A stretch of 64,000 nt of DNA, taken from Amoebidium appalachense. Lineage: Eukaryota; Protista; Ichthyosporea. Below are positions 45,223 to 55,686 of this stretch, piece by piece. A program made the translations under genes and the position numbers. The notes beneath the pieces were generated by a model. That model did no database searches and had not been told where the DNA came from. It worked only from the letters and a program-made list of their open reading frames with translations. Positions within the stretch are counted from its first letter, which is position 1. The number at the start of each line of letters is the position of its first letter. The stretch covers positions 9,917,962 through 9,981,961 of the forward strand of contig CAVNZM010000007.1 in assembly GCA_963693365.1 (NCBI GenBank). The letters are read 5' to 3'.

Positions 45223-46693
45223 AAAAAAAAAAAAAAACCGCCACTACATCCACCTCCACACCACCACCACACCACCACCATCATGACACCACCACCAAAA
45301 GAACTTCGTCTCTTGGCCTTGCCATTTTCTCTTATCTCGTGTTTTTATCAGATAAGATGTTTGCTTCCTTTTCTGAAAGAATAGCATGGAGTACCATTTA
45401 CACAGCCTGAAAGGGTGCGGGTTGTTGCTATGGTGTGTTTTAACGCAAGCTCCCTCTAAACCCATCGTGCACCTATCTCAACACAACATCTACCTGTGCC
45501 TCCCTCTTTTTCGTGTTGCATTGGCTGTCTCTGTTGCTGGTTGTCATCAAGTGTTGAGCCAGCCGTAGTAATAGTCCCAACCCTCTCTTATTCTCTTTGA
45601 CATATAGGCACATACTCCCTTCCTGTATTGTCAGCTGGACTCTTCGAATTAGGGGTTAATTATACCCCCCCCCCCCCCCCCCCCCCCCCCCACCCTCCAT
45701 AACAACCTTCATTATTTGTGTCCCTGCCTGTAGAGTCTTGGGTTGAGACAGCCCCGGGGGAGGGGGGGGGGGAGGGGGGGGGGGGGGGGCACAATGGTTG
45801 ACGCTTGGGGGCTTTGCAGGGTGCCGGAGTCAGCACGGTGGGCTGAACACTGGCCCGGTGAATGGGAAATGATTGAAAGGTATGGGGTGGTGCACGCGTA
45901 CGTGCACACACACAGACAGACACAGACACAGATGCACACAGGGACATAAGTTGGAGACGGATGGACAGGCATATATGCACAGGCACATGCATATGCACAT
46001 GCACATGGCCACATGCACGAAATCGCGCACGTACTGTTGTATGTTTGCTTTCATATGGGTAGATGTCTGCATGGTCACAATGTGCTTGTGTGCTTGATAC
46101 CACCACTTTAGTTCTGTTTTGGCTGTATCCCCCTCCCCCCCCCCCCCCCCCCCCCCCCCCCGTGTAAAGTATGCACTCGTAGTACTGTGGTATGCCTTAC
46201 TGTCAAGTTTAGGAGGGTGGTCTATAAGTTTATGATTTTATGATTCCCTGAGTGCCCATTTGTTTGTGGACTGAGACTCTGACAGACCTCATGCACATTC
46301 ATGTTTCTGTCCCGCTATGTAGTTATTATAGTTAAAAGCCTAGCAAGCAACCCCTTGCAACTAGCTGGAGTTATCACCAAACGGTATGTGTCAATTGCAG
46401 TTGCAGCCCATCTTTAGGATTTTAGTCTGCCCACCATACATATTCTGATACTCGAACTTAGGTATGCGGCCGATGATCGTGCGGAGCGGCAGAAGAAATT
46501 CTACGATCTCCGCACGTCCATTTTGGAGTCAGGCCTGCTGCTCTACTTCCACACGGCCGGCGGCGGATTGGTTGGTATTCACGTGCTATTAATAGCAGCC
46601 AATTGGGACTGTCGTTTTTGTGGTGCCCCCCCTGTGAACGTGTGTGTTCTGGGGAGAAAGGGTGATGTTTGTCTTTTGTCTTTTGGCGGGGAA

Positions 46694-46724
<31 letters not shown>

Positions 46725-46985
46725 TTTTTGGATAAAAGTTGGAGGCATATGGGACTGTGGGTGGTGCTGGTGATTAAGGGGAGGGGGGGGGGGGGGGGGG
46801 ACAATGTGACCATTTATCTCTTGTGCCTGTGTCTGTGGGTGTCTGTGTCTGCGACTGCACCTACGTATGTTCGTGGGTAATGGTTGCCGTGGTGCCATGG
46901 CGAGGTCGATGAGAGTGGGTGGGTGGGGGAGGGGGGGAGACAAGTGATAGTATTTGTCTGTCTCTCTCTCTCTCTCTTTCTCTCT

Positions 46986-47028
<43 letters not shown>

Positions 47029-50000
47029 GGGTGTGTGTGTGGGGGGGGGGGTGGAGGGGAGGCAACATGAATGCTCATTGCAAATCTGTCAATGCAGGTG
47101 TGGGGCACGTTTGAGAGCCTGCGAGCACGAAAGTCACTGCCAGGTATTATTGGTTCCATAAATGTGACTTGGTATACGTGTCTGTGTGGAACTGTGTGTC
47201 TGTGTGTCTGTTTGTGTGGAAATGGCATCGATTGCTGAAATGGTCTTGTGTTTTTGGGCACATGTACATGGTGTGTAGATTCTTCGTTTGTGTACGAGTG
47301 CGCGCGTGGGGTTGGAAGTGGGCTAGTGTAGGCTGGGTGTAGTTGTGAACATGTGTGTGGGTGTGCAATTACCGGTATTATTCATTTCTGTTTTCCTGAA
47401 ACAAGTTCATGGATAGGTATTCAGGTTGAAAAGTTGAGAAATTGAGCAGGTGAATACAGACGTGCGACGGTTTGGTTTGGGTGATCAGGGTGAGGGTAAG
47501 GTGTTTGCCACTTCTACGTTCGTTTACGAGACTAAAAACAGCAAGTATCCACTTTCTGGGTATGGAGGCATGCACGAACACCAACGCGCACACATACACA
47601 CACACAGAGAGAGAGAGAGAAAGAGAGAGAGAGGGAGGGAGGGAGGGAGGGAGAGAGAGAGAGAGAGAGAGAGAGATCCTGTCTCTTTACACATTCAACC
47701 TTCCCAACCTGTGTCCAGTGCACTGCATTTTAACTCTTCCTTCTGCAGAGGTGCTACGGTACGGCATCCGCACCTCCCTAGTGACCTGCATGGTGCCCAT
47801 CTACTTTGTCGGTGCCTGTGTGTCCCTCTACAACTACGCACACAGCCAGGTATGACCCCCCGCCCTCCCCCCCTCCCTCCCTCCCCTCCCCCCCCCCCCG
47901 TCCCCCCTCCCCTCATTGTGCTAAGCATATGTGTAGCCCCCCCCCCCCCCCCCCCCCCCCCTTGGGCCCTCCCTGAGGATGGGCTCTGCTTATGACGCAT
48001 ACTGTGCGCATGGCTGATGCTGCATACTTGAATGTTTGCCTTTGCATGTGTCCTGCACCATGCTTCTCATCGTGTATGCGTACTTCGTACTGTGTTCCGC
48101 ATTCAAACCCCCCTTGCTCAACCTCGCCTTTCACAGATTGCTGCAAGCCTCAAATGTGAATTGCGTAGTCGTTTTGAACCTGAACGTGTTGACGTGTCGC
48201 AACCCCATGTGATGTTGGTGTCTGTGTTTCATAACTCCGGGCTCGATAGAATCTCTTTGCAACGCATCATCAAAGACAAAGAAATACATGCTCTCCTGCC
48301 GCTTGAAATGCATAAATTCCGTATCTCTGCTGTGTGGAAATATGTGTCTACCCTGGGCTACACCACTATCATCTGCAAACACACCGCACGACTCCCGCAG
48401 GACCCCATTGCAAACATCCTTGCACAACCCTGCCCTAACAACGACCCGCACTATTCGCCATACGTACACCCACAACACGGACACGTGCTTACTTCGCACT
48501 TAGACATTCCCGGCCTGCTCGCAGACTTTGCATCGCTCATGCATTTTGGAACCAAGTTCCGAATGCAGGTCGAGCAGACGGAGGACACCACCTGTAGCAA
48601 TTTATTGACACAGGCGTTTCAAAGTTTCTGTAACAAGATGTACGATCTTGGTATGGCAGCTTATCCCTCTTTGGATCCGTGGGCAGCCGCCGACTTTACT
48701 AAGTGTCGCCCCTTCCTGCCATATGCACAACACGCACCCAACACACACAACATATCACAAGCTTCTGTGCTTCTACTGCGTCGCTTCCAAAAACGCTTCG
48801 TAGTCACCACAATGGATAAAGCTAGCAACACGTTCGTGATCGTCTGCAAAAAACACTACGTTAGCAGCATTACAGCCGAACTGCATGCACCTGCCGCAAC
48901 ATACACCTTCTGCAACACTGCACCAAAAGACATCGTTGCACAACACCTTGCATTTCTCAAAACACATGACATAAAAGGCACACTAGGACGCCGCACTGCA
49001 CGCCTGCCCACATTTCAGGCCATAGTTAAAATGCACAAAACACTCACCCACCTTCCGTTTCATTGCCAACTCCTCTGCCACATCACTTGAACCTCTCTCC
49101 CGCCTTCTCACTAGTGTTTTTAAGTTCGTCTCCCCTGATGTTGAACGTATGTGGTGTGATGTTGTCAAACCCCACCTGCCGCACAACACTAGCTCTTGGA
49201 TTCTCACGGATAGCATCGCACTCATACACACAATCAACGCCCTTAACCGTACCACACGCCAACACGAAAATACGCCCGTGTCTGTGTTTGATTTTTCCAC
49301 ACTCTACACCAAGATTGACTTGCATGATTTGAAAGCTCGCCTCACTACACTGATTGGCGCAATACTTGTCAAAGAATGCACGGACGGTCGCAAACCAAAC
49401 ATGTGTATTAAGAAAACCGGCTCCACGTTGTCCTGGGTGGATCGTGTAGATGATGATTCCCAGGATAATTCTTTTGAGCCTAAAGAACACTCTCTGCATC
49501 TCTCTAAGGCCCAGCTTGTGGATTTTCTATGTTTCCTCGTAGATAACATATATGTTGTGTTTGGCGATACCCTCTACAAACAGGACATTGGTATCCCCAT
49601 GGGTACAAACTGTGCTGTTTTCTTGGCTAATTTCTATCTGTTTACTTATGAGTTGGATATCGCAAGCTTATTGCACACGACCGCATTGATGTCTTGGTAG
49701 ATTTTCAGTTTACTCGCTGCTACATAGATGGTGTGATCTCCCTTCATAATCCTCGCATTCTCTCCCACCTCTATTTAGAAGATTGTGATTTCGGTCTATA
49801 TCCCAAGACCAGCCTTCAACTCAACCCCGCCGGTTCCTCCCCCTCTGTCCCCTACCTCGACTTGCATATCACCTGCACAAATCACGGCATTCACACAACC
49901 ATCTACAACAAGCTCGACACATCCACATTCAATACACTAGACATCGTTCGTTTCCCACACCACGACTCATTCACCTCCCGCACTGCAAAATACGGCATCA

Positions 50001-50387
50001 TGACAAGTCAAATGCATAGCTACCAGCGCAAATGCTCCACACTTGCTGCATTCACCACATACACGGCACGACTTGCTAAAACATTGCTTAACAAAGGCTA
50101 CTCGTTTAGACTCTTGCACCACAAAATGCACAGCTTTCTCGCCACACACCCACACATATACCGTGGTGTTCACTCCTCTCACATACTCTCCATCATCACT
50201 AAAAAGATCAACACTCCCTAGTCCCCCACTCTATCCCGAGTCCCCCCCCCCCTCCTCCCCTCCCCCCCCGCCCCCCCCTCCCCCCTACCAGCCCCTACAC
50301 CTCCCCCCCCCCCCCCCTCCCTCCCACTCTCTCTCCCTCTCTCTCTCTCTCTCCCTCCCTCCCTCTCTCTCTCTCTCACTCTCTCTT

Positions 50388-50445
<58 letters not shown>

Positions 50446-50446
50446 A

Positions 50447-50499
<53 letters not shown>

Positions 50500-50577
50500 C
50501 ACCCCCTCTCTCTCTTTCGTTCTCTCTCGTTCTCTCCCTCCCTCCCTCTCTCTCTCCCTCTCCCCCTCTCTCCCCCC

Positions 50578-50612
<35 letters not shown>

Positions 50613-50730
50613 TCTCCCCCCGCTCCTTTTCCCAAACAATTCCCCCGCCGTTCTTCTTTCTCAGCCGGCTAGGTTTTTGGGTTGCCTGGTAAGTTTTGAA
50701 ATGGAGCTCTCGTCTCTGATCTGTCCACCA

Positions 50731-50772
<42 letters not shown>

Positions 50773-51108
50773 TTCTTCTCCTCCCCCCCCCTTTTCCCCC
50801 TTTTCTCCCTCCCTCCCTCCCCTCCCTTTGCCCTTTGCCCTTCCCCGGCCTACTCCCCCCCCCCCTCCCCCTTCCCTCCTACCTTCTTTCCCCCCCTTCC
50901 CCCCCCCCCCCCCCCCCCCCCCCCCTCCTGGCCAAACCCTGTATACACTCTTCTCATCAGCAGGTCTCTAACCCACTCTGCAGAACGTTTTACGCATTTC
51001 TCCCCTTGGAAAACTTGGTCGTTGGTGCATTTTTGTCTGATATCTAACGACTCTGCAGGGTCCCCTGAGACTACTGACACTCTAACATTCCCTCCCCTCT
51101 CTTACTTC

Positions 51109-51145
<37 letters not shown>

Positions 51146-51301
51146 TTCCCCTCCTCCTTCCCCTCCCATTTTCTCTGCACACTCAACAGGTCTTAACCAG
51201 CTCTGCACATCGTTAGTAGTCACAATCTTCTCTCATATATGAGAGAATGATCGTATTGGTACGATTTGTCTAATATATGACGATTCTGCAGCATCCCTAA
51301 G

Positions 51302-51333
<32 letters not shown>

Positions 51334-51341
51334 TTTTCTCT

Positions 51342-51376
<35 letters not shown>

Positions 51377-52767
51377 GCGCCTGTTGTTTTGCTTGTCATT
51401 TGTTGTTCTGGTTGATTACCTGTAATCTTCGCTTATTTATGTGTGTGTGTGTATGTATGTATGTTGTGCGGGGTTGCACACACCGGTGTCTACTTTTCTT
51501 CCTGCTGTTTTTCTCTCCACACACTTCATCTGTCCACTTCTGCATACCCCCTCTCATAGCTATAGACACACTTCACACATTGCGTTACGCGCACGCATGC
51601 ACACACCGCTCTGTTGGCGACAGCTCCCTTGGAACCCATGCGGCATGTTACCCGCCGGCGTAACATAACTCGGACTATCGATTTGGCTTTTTTCAAGCCA
51701 AAGTAATGGGTGATACCATTTTTCCGGCTGACATCCGGGGGCATAGCTTTTCGTTCGAAGACGATAAAGTTCGGCCCTAGTAAGCGTGTTACTACCCTGC
51801 GGCGTGGGTCAAATCTCATATCTTCCCCTCTGATTGCGAATTCTGCGGCCTTCGGGACTTAGTTCTTTTCAGCTGGTGTAGTATGTTAGCCAGGGAAGTA
51901 TCGACTTAGGTAGCGACGGGGGAGCTTCCTAGAAGCCCCGTCTCCTGAGTTCCTATCTATATTTTTCTTGCCTCTGCTTACTGATGCAACTTTAACCCCC
52001 GGCCTCTCCCACTGCCCTTGCCTGCATAAGCAACCCTGCTCGTCTCTGATCAAGACGGGTGACCTACCCATGTTCAAGTGAAACAGTATCTGAGTTGGGT
52101 TTCATTAACGAGGTGAATAGGTCGAAACTCGGGTACTGTGGATGACGTGGGGCCCCCCTGAGGATGGGCTCTGCTTATTATGCATACTCTTTATGTATGG
52201 CTTGCATTCTGCATCGTGTTATCCGTTTGTTCTTGTGTACTTCGTACTTTTTGAAGCATTCAAACCCCCCTCTCTCTCTCCTCCCCTCCCCCCCTCCCCC
52301 CGGCCCTACACTATGCTTAGCACAATGAGGGGGGGGGGGGGGGGGGGGGGGGCATTGACACATCTGCCGAATGATTTTTTTGGTGGTGGGCCCCGGGGGG
52401 GGGGGGGGGGGGGGGGGGAGGGGGGTTGTATGTTTTTTGTCTTCCATAATGTTGTGTTCGATAGTTATCAACGGGTTCGTGTGTATGAGTACAGCAGGGA
52501 TGTTTGTGTGCAGGGGTGTGTGTGTAATTTTGTTGTGAGTGTGTGCATTGTGGAAGGGGGGATGGGGGAAGGGGGGGAGGGATGGGGGGGTTGGGGGAGG
52601 GGGGGGGGGTTTGGCTAAAGTTTAACCCTAACCTTGAACCTCGGCTCATGTCATGGCACCATTTATCCAATCTGCACTCGATCGGGCGTCTTGGCACCGC
52701 AGTAATGATCCAAGCACCCCATCACAAATTCAAACAGTAAATCATATTAGCGTGTGTCTGGGCGGGG

Positions 52768-52798
<31 letters not shown>

Positions 52799-52941
52799 AG
52801 ATGGTATGAAGAACAAGTGGATGCAGGGGTGTTGTTTTGTGCTAAAAGAGCAGACAGGCCACGGACTCGTTTGATATTTTTGCCCTCAACACGGGCACAG
52901 CAATGACCCTCCTGCCCTGGTACTACATCCTGCCGAGGGGT

Positions 52942-52973
<32 letters not shown>

Positions 52974-53484
52974 TTCCCCCTTTTCTCCCTCCCATGTCCC
53001 CGCTCCTGCCCCTCTCCCCCCCTCCCAAACCCCCCCCCCCCCTCCCCCTCTCTCTCCCCTTCCCCCCTCCTGCCCAAAAAGAAGAAGTTGACTGAAGAAG
53101 AAGCAGTACAAATAAAGGCGTAGACAGATGATGCAGACAGTACTTCAGGGGCTGTTACGTCTGGAGATCTAGGGTTGATAGCAAACCAGTAGGGTGTCTT
53201 TGTGCAGTATAGTATCCACACCAGGTTCCAAACGCACATAGAGCAGGGGATGCATGTCACGAGCAATGTCTCGAACCATCTCTTTGCTTCCAAGTGGCCC
53301 CTCTCCTGAACTCTGACGTTCCCAACTGGCCCCACGTGATGATGATGCATCAATTTCACACACCTGTAGTGGAACGCTTGTGTGTGTGCGCGTGTGTGTG
53401 TGTGTGTGCGCGGGAGGGCGGGCGGGCGGGCGGGCGGGCGGGCGGGCGGGCGTGCGTGCGTGCGTCCGTCCGTCCGTCCGTCCG

Positions 53485-53539
<55 letters not shown>

Positions 53540-53575
53540 ATGCATGCGTGCGTGTGTGAATGGGTTTTTTTTTTT

Positions 53576-53606
<31 letters not shown>

Positions 53607-54831
53607 AGAGGGGTTACCTCACGTTACTGACAAGTGTTTGTTTGCAGTTGAGGCATTCTCGCCATATTGGATCGGTGGGCACGTGGTTGGGTTTGTGTCC
53701 TTCTTCGTCTATCTCTACTTCACACGGTGGGTGGCCCAAATGCTCGTGTGCACCCCTGGGACACACATGCAGGCACACGGATAGCCACCCCAATACACTC
53801 TTGTATGGGCATGCATCTCATAAGACACGGTGTCACACACACAAGAACTCGCACACACACACACAGGTTTGCATACACGTACATGCATTTTCAATACACC
53901 CTCTTCCCCTACCGCGTCCCTCCCACCCCCTTCCCTAGCCCAGGAACGCACACACAGGGGTACACACGGGTACACAGCATATGTACAGATTCTTGTATGT
54001 ATACACCACCAGTAGGGTACTTGCCTTGCCGAAAACATGACCATCAGGAGACCAAGGAGAAAGTGAATGACGGGTGATGTTGTGAAGTGTTATGGTGTGC
54101 TGCGGTTGGTAGGAGAGAAGATAGAAAACGGCTGGTAGAAGTAGAAGAGAAAGAGTGCCAAGTAGTCGTAGATATTTTCAGCAGCAGTCGCACGCTGTGG
54201 TTAGTGTCTCGGAGTGGTGGGCCTGCCCACAATGTCCTATACCTGCCATTCTTTTGTCCCTCTACGCCCCACCACCTCCGTTTTGCTACTTTCCATACCC
54301 CACCACCTGATATTTCTGTTTCACACGACCAAACTCCGAATGGCATCGTATCACATCTTTTTTTTCTTCTGACCTTTTGTGCACCCCATCACCTCGAGTT
54401 CATGCTTTCTACACCCCACCACCATCCATCACCGGTTTTTAAATTCAAGCTTTCTCCTGGCTGGCAGCAATTTGAGGCCCAGGGAACCTTTTCTTTCCCC
54501 CTCTTGCTCTCTCTTTTTTTATTTTTGCCAAGAGGAGAAGAGGGGGGGGGGGGGGGGGGGTTTCAGTGTGTGTGTTCTTTTTGGCCCAACAGGCTGCCTT
54601 TTGTATTACTTTTCATTTAAAAGGGCCTCCCCGGGAGGGGGTAGAGGAGGGGGGGGGGGGGGGGGGGAGGCCGACAAGCAAATGGATGGCCATCTAATGT
54701 GCCCATATGATGCATACAGGTCGGACACGCTGCGCAACGACAATCTGCTCAAACAGAAGGACGTAGAGTACATGCAGTGGAAGGCACGCAAGCAGCTTCA
54801 GCAGAGAAACGAGGCTGCCGCAGAGGCATAG
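38743..54831 (+). CDS. Multi-exon gene: probable mitochondrial protein with an N-terminal TM helix, ARM-like helical repeats and a C-terminal multi-pass membrane region; function unknown
   Basis: Presequence-like [17 protein letters not shown]. In-phase exons include ~40163-40319 ([17 protein letters not shown]), 41903, 42642, 43444 ([14 protein letters not shown]), 44431 ([13 protein letters not shown]), 45054 ([13 protein letters not shown]), 46462 ([15 protein letters not shown]), 47098, 47749-47849, 52858-52939, 53648-53726 ([20 protein letters not shown]) and 54720-54831 (stop). Confidence 0.82.
41444..41496. repeat. 26-bp tandem duplication in an intron
   Basis: AGATACGGAAAGTTACAGCAGTCTTT occurs twice in tandem. 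Confidence 0.85.
47963..52264 (+). mobile_element. Penelope-like retroelement (Naiad/Chlamys-type), 5'-truncated, with pseudo-LTR-like terminal modules
   Basis: An RT pseudogene plus a ~2-kb 3' region. Related direct modules TGGGCCC..CTGAGGATGGGCTCTGCTTA...GTACTTCGTACT...GCATTCAAA-C lie at 47963-48107 and 52148-52264. It sits inside intron 47850-52857. Confidence 0.85.
48114..50221 (+). pseudogene. PLE reverse transcriptase, disrupted by two frameshifts and YIDD->YIDG
   Basis: Motifs [35 protein letters not shown] (shift ~49047), [36 protein letters not shown] (shift ~49660), [39 protein letters not shown]. The stop follows the thumb, with no C-terminal GIY-YIG. Confidence 0.92.
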
Positions 54832-55654
54832 CTATAGGTGCTCTCTTGTATTGTGCCCTAGAATGTGTGGTTCGCGTAGAAAGGACCATATAGGGGGCAA
54901 GGTAACACGAAAGCCCCTGGGTTTTGGGTTGTTAATGTGTTGTCCGTCATGAATGTGTACGTCGTACTTAATAACGCATTCTACCCGTCTCTCCCTCCCC
55001 CTCCCTCCCCCCCCCCCCCCTATCCCTCCCCTCTCTCTTTTTAACACACACACGCACATGTGTGTGTACACACACACACGTGCACACACGCAGCCGCGCG
55101 CCCACGCAGGCACACATGCACAGACATTTTGATGTAGGGTGTGGGGGGGGGGGGGGGGGGGGGGGGGGGGAGCCTCAGGGAGGGTTGTGTTCATATCTGA
55201 CAAATGTTTCTAGTACGTTGACGGATGGAACGAGTGTTAGTGTGCATCGATTCTTGACGTGGTTGTGTGTTTGCGATTTGACACGAGACCATGGCAGGCA
55301 TGCTATTGGACTGGGATGTGTGCTGTTGTCCCTAATTTATCATATTTCCTTCTATCTGGTAACATCTAGATAAGGCAGCGCAAGGAACACAACAGCAGTA
55401 AGAACATGATTTGGTGCTCTTCTTCGTCCCTTTTTTTGATTTTTGCAAAAAAAAAAACGCTGCACACTTTGCTTCGGACTGTTGTTTGGCTTGTAACATT
55501 GCAACCCTACTGCATAGGGCATGTACGGTTCCTGGGGACAAAAATGCACTACCATGTAAATAGTAAAATAAAAGCTGCTCGAGTTAGGCACATCAGAGAG
55601 CGTGTACAGTCTGTGTCTGTGTCTGTGTGTGTGTGTGTGTGTGTGCGTGCGTGC

Positions 55655-55686
<32 letters not shown>

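Larger units (their letters stand above)
47911..52330. repeat. ~25-bp inverted repeat pair bracketing the PLE insertion (47911-47936 and 52306-52330)
   Basis: CCTCATTGTGCTAAGCATATGTGTAG versus the reverse complement of CTACACTATGCTTAGCACAATGAGG; they differ by a 1-nt indel. Confidence 0.8.

Noticed and set aside
50665-50690. Mini-exon-like ctcag|CCGGCTAGGTTTTTGGGTTGCCTG|gtaagt inside the PLE 3' region
   Set aside because: The host gene splices in phase from 47849 to 52858 without it. It is frame-preserving, so RNA-seq would be needed to exclude occasional inclusion.
51230-51290. SECIS element (some Naiad PLEs encode selenoproteins)
   Set aside because: ATGA is not matched by a correctly spaced AA loop and GA quartet, and no in-frame TGA was seen in the surviving RT.
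52120-52180. Hammerhead ribozyme suggested by CTGAGGA and the nearby GAAAC-TCGG-GTA
   Set aside because: No GAAA follows the putative stem II. The GAAAC segment is sequestered in a 14-bp stem and CTGA fits better as a hairpin loop. A variant or dimeric ribozyme is not excluded without an assay.
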